From contig CAZQHU010000001.1 of assembly GCA_964592785.1 (NCBI GenBank), positions 45,687-109,686 of the forward strand: a DNA stretch of 64,000 bases, in the 5' to 3' direction. Below are positions 37,122-47,645 of this stretch, one piece after another; position 1 is the first letter of the stretch, and each line of letters starts with the position of its first letter. The notes under the pieces are model-generated. The model searched no databases. It was not told where the DNA came from and saw nothing but the letters and a program-made list of their open reading frames with translations. The position numbers and the translations under genes were made by a program. This DNA is from an uncultured Gammaproteobacteria bacterium (GTDB lineage: Bacteria > Patescibacteriota > Patescibacteriia > Magasanikbacterales > UBA922).

Positions 37122-38213
37122 ATGGAAGAGTCAAATTTTCAGGTATATTCAACTTCTGAAGAGGCCTGGAAAGCCATGTTTCAGGCGATTTTAGGGGCCA
37201 CCAAGTCAATTTATTGGGAATTGTATGTTTTTGTGGATGACGAGGCTGGTGGGCCTTTTTTTGAGGTTTTGGAAAATAAGGCTCGAGAAGGAGTGGACGT
37301 CAAATTGACTATTGATTCCCTGGGAAGTTTTTGGTTATCCAAGAAACGTGTTGAATCTTTGAAAATGGCCGGAGTTGATTTACGTTTTTTCCACGAAAGG
37401 AAAAATCGTTATCGTGGTTGGTGGAAAAGACTGTGGGCCAGAACGCATCGAAAAATTTTGATTATAGATGAAGAAACGGGCTTTATTGGCGGGGTTAATA
37501 TTGATAAAAAAATGCGTGATTGGTTGGATGTGCAAGTGAAAATAATTGGCACACCTGTACGTTCACTCTTACGAGCTTTTGCTAAAAATTATTTGATCTG
37601 CGGTGGGGAAAAGTCCAAAGTTAAACATTTATTAAAATATCGTTTTAGAACAGATCAAGAAAAGCTTCGTTTTGTCTATGATGAACCGCATAAAAGCCAT
37701 TCGCGAGCACGTAAAAAATATACAGAAGCTCTACGCAGAGCTAAAAAAAGAGTAATTTTTTTCTCCCCTTATTATTTTCCAGATAGAAAATTTCTGCATG
37801 CTTTGTGGCAAGCCAAAAAACGTGGTATTAGAATTGATTTGCTTATTCCCTTTCGAGCTGATGTAAAAATTTTGGCCTATGCCAACTATTTTTGGTTTGC
37901 TCTGATGAGAAAGATGGGGGTAAATATTATTTTTTCTTCAAAAATGATGCATGGCAAAGGAGTGATTGTGGATGATGAGTGGGCCATGGTTGGTTCTAGT
38001 AATTTGGAACAAACCAGTTTCTACAATAATTATGAAGCAAATTTACATCTTCGTGATAAAAGATTAGTTGATATTTTAAAATCAAATGTGGAGAAATGGC
38101 TCCTGGATTCAGTACAATTTGACGAAAATAAATGGTCCAAGAGGGGAGTTTGGCATAAATTTAATGAATGGCTGGCAGTAAAATTATATAAACTTTGGTA
38201 TGGTGATAAATAG
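37122..38213 (+). CDS. Phospholipase D-family protein (cardiolipin synthase-like), two HKD motifs
   Basis: HRKILIIDEETGFIGGVNI and HGKGVIVDDEWAMVGSSNL. Confidence 0.75.
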   Translation: MEESNFQVYSTSEEAWKAMFQAILGATKSIYWELYVFVDDEAGGPFFEVLENKAREGVDVKLTIDSLGSFWLSKKRVESLKMAGVDLRFFHERKNRYRGWWKRLWARTHRKILIIDEETGFIGGVNIDKKMRDWLDVQVKIIGTPVRSLLRAFAKNYLICGGEKSKVKHLLKYRFRTDQEKLRFVYDEPHKSHSRARKKYTEALRRAKKRVIFFSPYYFPDRKFLHALWQAKKRGIRIDLLIPFRADVKILAYANYFWFALMRKMGVNIIFSSKMMHGKGVIVDDEWAMVGSSNLEQTSFYNNYEANLHLRDKRLVDILKSNVEKWLLDSVQFDENKWSKRGVWHKFNEWLAVKLYKLWYGDK

Positions 38214-38232
38214 AAATTAGAAATAATCAATT

Positions 38233-39507
38233 ATGGATCAGGAAAATAAAATTCAACCGTTAGCAGACAAAATGAGACCGCGTACTTTTAGTGAGTTTTT
38301 TGGTCAGGAGGAAATTGTGGGTGAGGAAAAACTATTACGTAAACTAATCGAGAGCGATCAGTTGTCTAGTTTAATTTTTTGGGGTCCACCCGGTGTGGGT
38401 AAGACTACTTTGGCGCAGATTATTGCTGAGAAAACCAAATCATATTTTGTGGTACTTTCAGCAGTTGATAGTGGTAAAGAGGATTTACGCAAAGTGGTAA
38501 AAGAAGCTAAAGATCGCTTGCATGGATTGGAGCAACAAAAAACAATTTTATTTATTGATGAAATTCATCGTTGGAGTAAGGCCCAACAAGATGCGCTTTT
38601 GCCATTAGTTGAAAGAGGGGATTTGATTTTGATTGGCGCGACGACGGAAAATCCTTCGTTTGAAATTATTGGTCCGCTTTTATCTCGTTCACGAGTGTTT
38701 ATTTTGAAAAAATTAGAAGATAAAGATATTATAAAAATAATTGTTCAGGCTTTAGCAGATAAAGAAAGGGGATTGGGGAATTATAATGTAAAAATAGATA
38801 AAGAGGCTTTGGAACTTTTGGCGGGTTTAGCAGCAGGTGATGCACGAGTGGCGTTGAATGGGTTGGAACTTGCGTTCAAGTCCAAAGTCCAAAAGCCTGC
38901 CCGCCAAGCTGGCATGACAGGCGGGTCCGTAAAGTCTAAAGTTGTGATTGAGGTGGGTGATATTAAAGAATCATTACAAAAGACGCACTTAATCTTTGAC
39001 AAAAAGGGTGAAGAGTTTTACAATCTTATTTCTGCTTTACACAAATCCATGCGGGGGAGTGATACTAATGCTAGTTTATATTGGTTGGCAAGAATGGTAG
39101 AAGGTGGGGCTGATCCACTCTATGTAGCACGCCGGATTTTACGTTTTGCGGCAGAAGATATTGGCGTGGCAGATTCTAGGGCTTTGCTGGTGGCTAATGC
39201 GGCCTATGATGCTTGTCATAAACTGGGATTTCCCGAGTGCAATGTTCACTTGGCCGAAGCTGTGGTTTATTGCGCTCTAGCCAAAAAGTCCAATTTATTA
39301 TACACTGCTTATAACCAAGCGGCGGAAGACGCTAAAAACACTTCACATCTAGGTGTTCCACTACATCTCCGTAATGCACCAACCAAGTTTATGAAAGAGA
39401 TTAGATATTCCAAAGGATACAAGTATACACCAGATTACAAGCCCGAAGATGCAAAACAGGATTACTTGCCGAAGGAGTTGAAAGGAAGAGCGTATTTAAA
39501 AAAATAA
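38233..39507 (+). CDS. rarA: Replication-associated recombination protein RarA/MgsA with an in-frame composite repeat insertion (38874-38943)
   Basis: GPPGVGKTTLAQIIA Walker A, DEIHRW, C-terminal MgsA domain. Confidence 0.85.
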   Translation: MDQENKIQPLADKMRPRTFSEFFGQEEIVGEEKLLRKLIESDQLSSLIFWGPPGVGKTTLAQIIAEKTKSYFVVLSAVDSGKEDLRKVVKEAKDRLHGLEQQKTILFIDEIHRWSKAQQDALLPLVERGDLILIGATTENPSFEIIGPLLSRSRVFILKKLEDKDIIKIIVQALADKERGLGNYNVKIDKEALELLAGLAAGDARVALNGLELAFKSKVQKPARQAGMTGGSVKSKVVIEVGDIKESLQKTHLIFDKKGEEFYNLISALHKSMRGSDTNASLYWLARMVEGGADPLYVARRILRFAAEDIGVADSRALLVANAAYDACHKLGFPECNVHLAEAVVYCALAKKSNLLYTAYNQAAEDAKNTSHLGVPLHLRNAPTKFMKEIRYSKGYKYTPDYKPEDAKQDYLPKELKGRAYLKK

Positions 39508-39514
39508 AAGTAAT

Positions 39515-40306
39515 ATGAGAGAAGAAGAAGCTAGAGAAATATTGAAACAAAGAGTTGAAAAGTTAATGTCCAATAGGGCTTTTTTACGTTTTGCCAGAAG
39601 TTTTTTGGTTTATCAAGAAATATATGGCAGTACGGATAGTATTAAGAAGAAAAAAGAAATGAGGCAGAAGATGGGGGATGTTTTTAATGGTATTTTTTTT
39701 GGAACTGTAATAGATAGAGAAGAATTATGTACAAATTTAGCAGAATTTTTCAGAGAGCTTTTTATTGAATGTGAAAAAGGTCAATTTGATACTAAAAAGT
39801 TGGCTGAAAAATTGGCGCTATCCTCGTTTTATGAAAGATTTGATTCAGAATGGAATAGTAAACCAGAAGTTTCTGAACATGATGAACAGATTAATGAATT
39901 GGTACTTTATACAAAACATCCAGATTACCCCATTATGATTCATATAAAGCCAGCTAATCTCGATACTAAGGACTTTGTGCCAAAGTTGGTTGAAGGTTTT
40001 AGAATTATTGCTGGAAAAATGAAGAGTGGGGAGATTGATGAATCTTATAAAGATGTAGTGATGAAGTCTTGGCTTTTGTCTGGAAAGTTTTGGGATGAAA
40101 TCAAAAAAATTTTTGGTGATACGGTCAAAGGCTATCTGTCCTTGGGTAAAGAAGATACCAAACCGGAAGATGTCAATGTTGCTTTGATTTATAATAGAAA
40201 GTCTTTAGAAGAATATTTAAAAAGTGGAGAAGTGCCATTAATTGGGATTATTACGTTGACAAGGGAACAATTTTTAGAAAGGTTTGGTAGTGTAAATCCC
40301 CTCTAG
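39515..40306 (+). CDS. Hypothetical protein
   Basis: Host-like composition; stop codon lies inside the left terminal repeat of the adjacent cassette. Confidence 0.4.
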   Translation: MREEEAREILKQRVEKLMSNRAFLRFARSFLVYQEIYGSTDSIKKKKEMRQKMGDVFNGIFFGTVIDREELCTNLAEFFRELFIECEKGQFDTKKLAEKLALSSFYERFDSEWNSKPEVSEHDEQINELVLYTKHPDYPIMIHIKPANLDTKDFVPKLVEGFRIIAGKMKSGEIDESYKDVVMKSWLLSGKFWDEIKKIFGDTVKGYLSLGKEDTKPEDVNVALIYNRKSLEEYLKSGEVPLIGIITLTREQFLERFGSVNPL

Positions 40307-40730
40307 AGAGGGGTGCCGACCCGCCAATTTGGCGGGGAGGCGGGGTGTGTGACCGTGGTTTGCAAAATTATGCCAGTTATTAACTACCAACAATCATTAA
40401 AACAAAAGGCCCGGGAACTACGCAAACATTCCACACTAGGCGAAGTAATACTCTGGAAATATTTAAAAAATAAACAAATGTTGGGTTTTGACTTTCATCG
40501 TCAAAAATCAATCCACAACTATATTGTAGACTTTTATTGCCCCAAATTAATGTTAGCAATAGAAATAGATGGTTTTGCTAGTCATGATATGAAGTCAGAT
40601 TACGATAAACAGAGACAAGAGTTTTTGGAAAATAAAGGCCAAAAACTTTTAGAAAATTATATCACTAACCAACGGTAACACACCCCGTCTCCGACTGCGA
40701 CGTCGGAGCCACCCCTCTCTAGAGGGGATT
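40295..40730. mobile_element. 436-bp cassette flanked by 21-bp perfect terminal inverted repeats (AATCCCCTCTAGAGAGGGGTG) carrying a DUF559 endonuclease-like gene
   Basis: Left 40295-40315, right 40710-40730 (exact reverse complement); subterminal GGGGTGTGT(G/T)ACC is also shared. Confidence 0.65.
40370..40678 (+). CDS. DUF559 (Vsr-like very-short-patch-repair endonuclease fold) protein
   Basis: LRKHSTLGEVILWKYLKNKQMLGFDFHRQKSIHNYIVDFYCPKLMLAIEIDGFASH matches the DUF559 core. Confidence 0.65.
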   Translation: MPVINYQQSLKQKARELRKHSTLGEVILWKYLKNKQMLGFDFHRQKSIHNYIVDFYCPKLMLAIEIDGFASHDMKSDYDKQRQEFLENKGQKLLENYITNQR

Positions 40731-40737
40731 AATATTT

Positions 40738-41367
40738 ATGAAAAAATTTTTACTCCACACCTGCTGTGCGCCGTGTAGTATCGCCATTATAGATGAACTC
40801 AAAGATAAGTTTGATTTGACAGTCTTTTTTTATAATCCAAATATTTTTCCAGAAGAAGAATATTTGAAGCGCAAGAAATATGTTATTCAAGTTTGTGAAG
40901 AATGGGGTGTGAAGATGATAGATTGGGATTATGAAGTAGAGAAATGGAACGAGACAGTTAAGGGTTTAGAGAATGAACCAGAGGGAGGAGCGCGGTGTGC
41001 GGTGTGTTTCAAAATGCGTTTAGAAAAAACTGCCAAGTATGCCAAAGAAAATAATTTTGATATTTTTTCTACCAGCCTTACTTCTGGGCGAACTAAGCGC
41101 GCAGAAATAATCAACCCTATTGGTCAGTTATTGGCAGATAAATATGGACTTGAATATTTAGCTGAAGATTGGAAAAAAGGTGGACGACCCACCTCCGCTA
41201 CCACCTTCGCTGAAGCTTCGGCGGTCAAGAAAGCTACGGCGGGCAAGCAGGAAAGTAGACAAGAAAAAGCTACTAGGTTGGTTAATGAGCGAGGGATTTA
41301 TCGGCAGAATTATTGTGGATGTAAGTATTCTTTAAAATTGAATTACATAGATAATAATAAAAAATAG
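40738..41367 (+). CDS. queH: Epoxyqueuosine reductase QueH (DUF208) with an in-frame family-2 repeat insertion (41188-41250)
   Basis: N-terminal LLHTCCAPCS motif and C-terminal NYCGC; insertion translated as PTSATTFAEASAVKKATAGKQ. Confidence 0.75.
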   Translation: MKKFLLHTCCAPCSIAIIDELKDKFDLTVFFYNPNIFPEEEYLKRKKYVIQVCEEWGVKMIDWDYEVEKWNETVKGLENEPEGGARCAVCFKMRLEKTAKYAKENNFDIFSTSLTSGRTKRAEIINPIGQLLADKYGLEYLAEDWKKGGRPTSATTFAEASAVKKATAGKQESRQEKATRLVNERGIYRQNYCGCKYSLKLNYIDNNKK

Positions 41368-41423
41368 TTGACAAAGTATCGTTTTTTTGATATAATGATA
41401 TTACTATTATTAATATTCATTGT

Positions 41424-41936
41424 ATGAAAAGTGACTTAGCACTTCAACAATTGTCTGCTTTAATTAAAGAACGTTCCGTTACCATTTGTTCCAAAGAAGA
41501 AATTGATAGTATTTATAGTAAGGACAGATGGCCAAAACCAGGTAGACTTCCAAAAGAAACAAATGATGGAGACGCTGAATTTTATCATAGTGATAAAGGT
41601 GTAGATGGATTTCGTATTTTGTATAAATCGGGTGATGGTAGTATTAAACAGTTTGTTGTAACAGAAAAAGAAATAGAAAGTGGCGCTTTCGATGGAGTAA
41701 AAACAAGTGATGATTTTATATATTTATTATTGGATGCTCAATTTAGATTAACTTTAAATGATGTAGCACGTAATGAACATGGGCCTTTAGATCAAACTAT
41801 CCAGGCTGTTACAGACTATAAACGCGAAAGAGAATTAGCTGAGGCATCTGCAGCTAGACAGCGGGAGGAAAAACTTAAAAAAGAGGAAGAAGCAAGAATA
41901 CTGAAAGAGAGAACAGAAGGTGGTTTCCGTTTTTGA
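41424..41936 (+). CDS. Hypothetical protein
   Basis: 170-aa ORF followed by the terminator AAAACCGACCAAGTGGTCGGTTTTTTG. Confidence 0.4.
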   Translation: MKSDLALQQLSALIKERSVTICSKEEIDSIYSKDRWPKPGRLPKETNDGDAEFYHSDKGVDGFRILYKSGDGSIKQFVVTEKEIESGAFDGVKTSDDFIYLLLDAQFRLTLNDVARNEHGPLDQTIQAVTDYKRERELAEASAARQREEKLKKEEEARILKERTEGGFRF

Positions 41937-42019
41937 TGTGTATTTATATAATATAAAACCGACCAAGTGGTCGGTTTTTTGTTCTTGACATTTTTTATGT
42001 TTATGTTAAGATTGTTTGG

Positions 42020-42283
42020 CTGATGAACCTTGCGTCACGTGTATGGATGGCCTGAGAGCCATAGCACTGATGTGAGTTTTGTTGGCTGGGGGCTGACAGC
42101 GGTCCGATACGGACTGAGTTTTCGACGAAAGTCGACGATTGTGGTCTCGGACCGCTGTCGCCCCTGTTTTGAACGGAGGCTAAGGGGGTGTGTTTTTCTG
42201 TATACACATCCCCCGCGTTCCAAATAAATAAATTTTGTTTATTTAGAATGAAAAATAATCCCGATATTATGTCGGGATTATTT
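42020..42283 (+). ncRNA. Candidate GC-rich structured RNA (promoter TTGACA-N16-TAAGAT at 41985-42012; long helix GGGGCTGACAGCGGTCCGA/TCGGACCGCTGTCGCCCC; terminator)
   Basis: Promoter nearly identical to that of island D; nested hairpins; terminator AATCCCGATATTATGTCGGGATTATTTTT. Confidence 0.3.
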
Positions 42284-42698
42284 TTATCTTTCTTCCTTTG
42301 TCTATGTGTTCAATTTTTATTTTTTTTACTTTCTTTCCTTTCAACAATCTACGCAATTTTTCTGGCCATTCAATAATACAGACCGTATCGGGCGCGCCGA
42401 TGTAGTCTTCGGCACCGATTTCAATTAGTTTTTCTTCATTTTCTAGTCGATATGTATCTATATGGACAAGACTTTTGACTTTAGAGACTTTAAGACTTTT
42501 GACTTCGTACACGTTCATGAGTGAAAAAGTGGGGGAGGTGATATTTTTTTTCACGCCAAAATATTCCGCTATGCCTTTGGTGAGGGTAGTTTTTCCAGCG
42601 CCTAGGTCACCTTCAAGTAATATAACATCACCGCCTTGGAAAGTGGTAGCTATTTTTTTGCCGAGATTGATTGTTTCTTTTTGATTTTTGGTTATCAT
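42267..42698 (-). CDS. tsaE: tRNA t6A biosynthesis protein TsaE (YjeE P-loop ATPase), with an in-frame KS-repeat insertion
   Basis: [15 protein letters not shown] Walker A; insertion translated as [13 protein letters not shown] at 42466-42510. Confidence 0.75.
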   Translation of the reverse strand: MITKNQKETINLGKKIATTFQGGDVILLEGDLGAGKTTLTKGIAEYFGVKKNITSPTFSLMNVYEVKSLKVSKVKSLVHIDTYRLENEEKLIEIGAEDYIGAPDTVCIIEWPEKLRRLLKGKKVKKIKIEHIDKGRKIKIIPT

Positions 42699-43945
42699 GC
42701 AAGTTCAGGATAAAGAGGAAATTTCTTTGTCAGTTCAATAACTTGTGTTTTAATATTTTTTAATTTTTCTTCGTCTTGCCAATTTATAATTGCTTCGTTC
42801 ATCCAGTCAGCAATAATTTCCATTTCTGCTTCTTTCATGCCACGAGTAGTTAGAGCCGGTGTACCAAAGCGAATACCAGATGGGTCCATTGGACTTCGTG
42901 GATCATCTGGGATCATATTTTTATTGAGAGTGATGCCGGCGATATCTAGCGCATCTTGGGCTTGTTTACCAGTTACACCTTTGGAAGAAAAAACATCAAC
43001 CAGAAGTAGATGATTGTCTGTACCACCAAAACAAAGTTTGTAGCCAAATTCATTAAATTTTTTCTCCAGCACTTTGGCATTGGTTTTTATTTGTCGAGCA
43101 TAATCTGCAAAAGCTGGTTCTAGAGCTTCTTTAAAAGCTACAGCTTTGGCAGCAATATTATTTTCATGCGGTCCACCTTGGAGTCCAGGGAAAACAGCTT
43201 TGTCAATTTGTTTGGCAAATTTTTCTTTACACATAATCATTCCACCTCTGGGACCACGCAGAGTTTTGTGAGTAGTAGTAGTGACTACATCAAAGATTGG
43301 CACTGGATTATTCATTTGTTTGCCAGCAATGAGACCACCAATGTGTGAAACATCAGCCATGGTGATCGCTCCTACTTCGTCAGCAATGATTTTTATTTTT
43401 TCATATTCAATCTCGCGTGAATAAGCTGAATAACCAACAAGAATCATTTTTGGTTTGTGTTCTAGTGCCATTTGGCGGAGATTATCCAAATCAATATTAC
43501 CTTCAGCATTGGTTTTGTAGCGGATAAAATTAAAAACTTTGGCCATGTAAGTGACTGGATGGCCGTGAGTTAGGTGCCCACCATGAGAAAGATCCATTCC
43601 AAGAATAGTATCACCAGGTTCGAGAAGTCCGAAATAAACTGCCACATTCATAGGTGCTCCAGAAAGAGGCTGGACATTTACATGTTCGGCTTGAAAAAGC
43701 TCTTTGGCACGGTCGATAGCTAGGCCTTCGGCGACATCAATAAACTGACAACCTCCGTAATAGCGTTTGCCAATATAGCCTTCGGAATATTTATTGGTCA
43801 TTACTGAGCCCAAGGCCTCAAGCACTGCCAGAGAAACAAAGTTTTCACTGGGAATCATTTCAATACCTTCTTCTTGGCGGGCCAGTTCGTTTTTTATTGC
43901 CTCAGCGACTTTTGGGTCAAAGTCTGATAATTTTAGTTTGTTCAT
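42695..43945 (-). CDS. glyA: Serine hydroxymethyltransferase
   Basis: [26 protein letters not shown]-lysine region. Confidence 0.9.
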   Translation of the reverse strand: MNKLKLSDFDPKVAEAIKNELARQEEGIEMIPSENFVSLAVLEALGSVMTNKYSEGYIGKRYYGGCQFIDVAEGLAIDRAKELFQAEHVNVQPLSGAPMNVAVYFGLLEPGDTILGMDLSHGGHLTHGHPVTYMAKVFNFIRYKTNAEGNIDLDNLRQMALEHKPKMILVGYSAYSREIEYEKIKIIADEVGAITMADVSHIGGLIAGKQMNNPVPIFDVVTTTTHKTLRGPRGGMIMCKEKFAKQIDKAVFPGLQGGPHENNIAAKAVAFKEALEPAFADYARQIKTNAKVLEKKFNEFGYKLCFGGTDNHLLLVDVFSSKGVTGKQAQDALDIAGITLNKNMIPDDPRSPMDPSGIRFGTPALTTRGMKEAEMEIIADWMNEAIINWQDEEKLKNIKTQVIELTKKFPLYPELA

Positions 43946-44009
43946 AATACTTTGTAATTATTGAAATTTAAGTGTTTTTATGGTATCATAATGGGGTACA
44001 ATAATCAAA

Positions 44010-44076
44010 CGTCATTCCTGCGAAGGCAGGAATCTTTCTTTAAATCAAATAAGATTCCCGCTTTCGCGGGAATGAC
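44010..44076. repeat. Family-5 inverted repeat pair (GTCATTCCTGCGAAGGCAGGAATC ... GATTCCCGCTTTCGCGGGAATGAC)
   Basis: Read directly; intergenic between glyA and the next gene. Confidence 0.7.
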
Positions 44077-44085
44077 ATACAATTT

Positions 44086-44991
44086 ATGACTTGGATATTT
44101 TTTGCTCTAGGAGCTAGATTTCTTTGGTCGTGGACTAATATTGGGGATAGATTTCTTTTGACTAAAAAGATCAAAAATCCTTTGGTTTATTTAGTCGTTG
44201 GTTTTTTGGTTGATATTTTTATTATTCCTTTGTGGTTATTTTTTGGGCTACAATGGTATGGTTGGAATAATTTATTTTTGATTATTTTTCAAGCTATCTT
44301 ATTTTTTTCCGGGACTTTTTTGTATATTTTATCAATCCAGAGGGAAGAAGCTTCACGTGTAAATTTACTTTGGAATATAATGCCACTACATGGGCTTTGG
44401 CTCTCTTGGTTGATTTTGGGAGAAAAATTATCAAACAATCAATTATTAGCTCTCTTAATTTTGTTGATTGCCAGTATTTTGGCTGGTTTGCATGCCGTTG
44501 GTAAAGAAAAATTTAAATTTTCAGTAAGTTTTTGGCTAATGTTGGCGAGCACTTTTCTTTACGTGAGTGCTGATGTAATAACGCGTTATCTAACCCAAAA
44601 TAATATTTCAGCTTTGCATTTGGCTGGTTATCAGTTGTTTATTCTACCTATTTTAGCTGGGTTATTTTTCTTTTTTAAAAATTTCCGTCAGCAATTTTAT
44701 TTAGAAAAAAATAATTATACTTGGAAAATTTTATTGATTCTTGTTGTCATGGCCCTATTTAGTCGTGTGGGTGTATTGTTTAATATGAAAGCTTTGAGCT
44801 ATGGTCACATTGCTCTGGTCAATGTTTTGGAGGGTGCTCAAGCAATTATGGTTTTTTTAATTGCTCTTCTGTTTACTTACTTTGCCCCCAAAATTATTAA
44901 AGAAGAAATTGATCGTAAAAATTTAATATTAAAACTTGTGGCTTTGGTTTTGATGGTGGTGGGCATTGCAGTTTTGAATTTGAATGTGTGA
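44086..44991 (+). CDS. Polytopic membrane protein (about 10 TM; DMT/EamA-like transporter guess)
   Basis: Hydrophobicity pattern only. Confidence 0.4.
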   Translation: MTWIFFALGARFLWSWTNIGDRFLLTKKIKNPLVYLVVGFLVDIFIIPLWLFFGLQWYGWNNLFLIIFQAILFFSGTFLYILSIQREEASRVNLLWNIMPLHGLWLSWLILGEKLSNNQLLALLILLIASILAGLHAVGKEKFKFSVSFWLMLASTFLYVSADVITRYLTQNNISALHLAGYQLFILPILAGLFFFFKNFRQQFYLEKNNYTWKILLILVVMALFSRVGVLFNMKALSYGHIALVNVLEGAQAIMVFLIALLFTYFAPKIIKEEIDRKNLILKLVALVLMVVGIAVLNLNV

Positions 44992-45092
44992 TAGTTTATA
45001 AAGCTCATAAAGTCAAAAGTCCATAAAGTAAAAGTATTGATGTTTTATTGTTTAAATGATAAAATGTTTTTACTTTAATAATATCTAAAATT

Positions 45093-45443
45093 ATGCAAGA
45101 CATTCAAGAGATTTGGGCGAGGATTCAAGGCATTAAAAAACAACAAAAAGATTTGCGTGCAGCCTATAAAGAAGCACTCCAGGCATCGCTAGAATATGTG
45201 GAGCTTTCTGACAAACTCAAAACCATGCGCGAGAGAAAGAAACAAATCGAAAATAGCGTGAAAAATGATTTTGCTAGTGAATTTACCAAGTTGGATGATT
45301 TGAAAATAGATTTGGAATCTGATATGACCATGCTTTCTGATTTAGCAATGACCAAATTTATGAAAGGGGAGACAGTGGAAATAAAAGATGAGTATGATAA
45401 TGTTTATGAGCCGGTGTTTAGTGTGAAATTTAAAAAGACTTAG
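45093..45443 (+). CDS. Hypothetical coiled-coil protein
   Basis: 116-aa ORF followed by a terminator. Confidence 0.4.
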   Translation: MQDIQEIWARIQGIKKQQKDLRAAYKEALQASLEYVELSDKLKTMRERKKQIENSVKNDFASEFTKLDDLKIDLESDMTMLSDLAMTKFMKGETVEIKDEYDNVYEPVFSVKFKKT

Positions 45444-45631
45444 TCAAGGAATAATGAATAAAGAATAAGGAATAAAAAATGCCCCGTATATTGCGAGGCA
45501 TTTTTATTTAGATTCATCAGTTCCCCAAAATTTTTATTTTTTAAAAACTTTGGGGATATGGAACTGACGAAGAACAAAAGGTACAAGCGAATCAGCCCCA
45601 CATCCCAGCGCGAAAAAACGCAGAGCAGGAG

Positions 45632-45910
45632 CTAGGCATCCAGGCGACCGGCATTGTCCAGGGAGAAGTAGAACCTCACATCGGTCAGGGTGAGGGGGGC
45701 GCTGGGATCCTCGGGGACTTCGTATTCGATGTAGAGAAGTCTTCCGCTGATCTTGGCCTCACAGAGGAACTGCGCCATTCCTCGGCCTTGGAATCGGCAG
45801 ACCCGTTGTGGGCCCACTTCGAAGGTGCAAAATCCTTCGCCGTTCGGCCCGGTGAGAGTGAGCAAGCTCACTCTTGCACTCTTGAACTGCATGGGCATCT
45901 TCCCTGGCAT
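45632..45910 (-). CDS. Hypothetical 92-aa protein in a GC-rich island
   Basis: GAGGAAACGAAATG ribosome-binding site; composition contrast with flanks. Confidence 0.4.
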   Translation of the reverse strand: MPGKMPMQFKSARVSLLTLTGPNGEGFCTFEVGPQRVCRFQGRGMAQFLCEAKISGRLLYIEYEVPEDPSAPLTLTDVRFYFSLDNAGRLDA

Positions 45911-45989
45911 TTCGTTTCCTCGTTGTTGAAACCCAAAATAACATTAGCCCAAAAATGTTTTTTTGTCAAGAGTAAACAAAAAAACTGGC

Positions 45990-47642
45990 TTAAACCAGTT
46001 TTTTCGTCATATAGGTTTTTTCTAGTTTGTAGCCAAGTTTTCGATAATAATCTCTTACTCCCACGCCAGAAATTACTGCGATTTTTTGGTATTTATTTTT
46101 CTTGGCGATTTTCTCGGCTTCAGCTACCATTTTTTTTCCCAGGCCTTTGTGTTGACTAGCAGTCTTTTCATCTTTGCCAACGTTGACCAGTTGACCGTAA
46201 GTGTGGAGTTCGCGGATGAAAGCCAAGTTTTCTAAGTTTATTAAGTTTTTTAAGTTGACTAAATTATTTTGATTTGGAAGTCGGAGACGGAGAAAAGCGA
46301 AGACTACCTGTCTTTTGTTGTCTTCAAAAGAGAGAAAATATTCTGTACCACCAGTAGTTTTATATTTTTCTATAAATAGTTTTGGTTCAAGTGTTTTTTT
46401 GTTTTTATGTTTTATTGCTTTTATGTCAATATGCCCAACTTCTCGACAACGGAGACAATGACAGACAAGACCACGTTTGCTCATTTCTTTTTTTAATTCT
46501 TCGCGTAGATTGGTGATAGCGTTGCCAGCTTCGATATCAGGATTGGGGATGTCGCGAATAAGACGAGAAATACGGCAATAGCGTGGCGTGGCAGTCTTCA
46601 TTTTTATGAGAGTTTCAAACAGTTTTTTATCTGAGTAAGGTTTGTATCTCCCGGCTTTATACCATTTATACAATTTTGCTGATTTGATCACTGTACAAGG
46701 ATAAATTTTTATCATATCTGGTTTGAATCCCGGATCAGAAAAAAGTAATTTATACATTTCTAAATCATGTTTTGGAGTGGTTCCTGGTAAATCTGGCATA
46801 AAGTGAAGATCTACTTTAAATCCAGCTTGGCGGAGCAGGAGCATAGCATCTTTGAATTGTTTTACAGTGTGTCCACGATCAACAAGTTTTAGTATTTTAT
46901 CATCCGGGGCTTGGAGACCAAGTTCAATCCTGGTACAGCCCATTTGTCGCATGTGAAAGATTGTTGTGGGATTGACAGCGTCGGGCCGAGTTTCTAGAGT
47001 GAGCCCGATGATGCGGTGTTTGGCTTTTTCATTTTTGCGTTGGGCTTCTCTCAGAGCTCTTTGTAGGGAAGAAAGGGATTCTTCGACTTCGGTCTTCGTC
47101 CTTCGCTCAGGATGACCAAAATCGTTGCATGCACGAAAAGACTCCAATATAAACCAATACTGGTACTTTAGCGGGTAGGCATTCCAAGTTCCACCTTTGA
47201 TAATAAATTCAATTTTGTCAGTTGGATGACCATTTTGTTCTAGCATCATTATGCGACGACGCATTTGTTCATAAGGGTCAAATTTTAGAGCCAAAGCCCG
47301 AGCAGCGGCCGGTTCACTAGATAAATAACTTTTGGGCATTTTTGTTTCAGTAGGACAATAAACACAATCTCCTGGGCAATTGTAGGGCTTAGTCAGGGAA
47401 GTAATGATAGCCACTCCAGAGAGGGTGCGGATCTGGGCTTTACGCAAGAAAAATTCAAACTGCTTGTCATTTTTTAGACTTTTATTTTTTAATAATTTCT
47501 GGTAAGCTAGTAACAGTTTATGATTTGCAGGTTGAGAAATTTTAAGTTTACCACAAATTTTTCGGCGCAGTTCATCAAATTCAACCTTGGATTTAGGCTT
47601 GTGTTCATAAATATAAATAATAATTTTTTCTAAATTATTCAT
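45990..47642 (-). CDS. Elp3-like radical-SAM / GNAT protein (tRNA U34 carboxymethyluridine synthase homologue) with an in-frame family-1 repeat insertion (47074-47118)
   Basis: CPGDCVYCP (CxxxCxxC) radical-SAM motif; C-terminal GNAT QHKGLGKKMVAEAE. Confidence 0.8.
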   Translation of the reverse strand: MNNLEKIIIYIYEHKPKSKVEFDELRRKICGKLKISQPANHKLLLAYQKLLKNKSLKNDKQFEFFLRKAQIRTLSGVAIITSLTKPYNCPGDCVYCPTETKMPKSYLSSEPAAARALALKFDPYEQMRRRIMMLEQNGHPTDKIEFIIKGGTWNAYPLKYQYWFILESFRACNDFGHPERRTKTEVEESLSSLQRALREAQRKNEKAKHRIIGLTLETRPDAVNPTTIFHMRQMGCTRIELGLQAPDDKILKLVDRGHTVKQFKDAMLLLRQAGFKVDLHFMPDLPGTTPKHDLEMYKLLFSDPGFKPDMIKIYPCTVIKSAKLYKWYKAGRYKPYSDKKLFETLIKMKTATPRYCRISRLIRDIPNPDIEAGNAITNLREELKKEMSKRGLVCHCLRCREVGHIDIKAIKHKNKKTLEPKLFIEKYKTTGGTEYFLSFEDNKRQVVFAFLRLRLPNQNNLVNLKNLINLENLAFIRELHTYGQLVNVGKDEKTASQHKGLGKKMVAEAEKIAKKNKYQKIAVISGVGVRDYYRKLGYKLEKTYMTKKLV

Positions 47643-47645
47643 GTT

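Noticed and set aside
42188-42376. 62-aa hydrophobic ORF after a GGAGG-N8-GTG in island E
   Set aside because: It reads through the intrinsic terminator hairpin and into the antisense of tsaE. More likely part of a non-coding structured transcript, though a small membrane peptide cannot be fully excluded.
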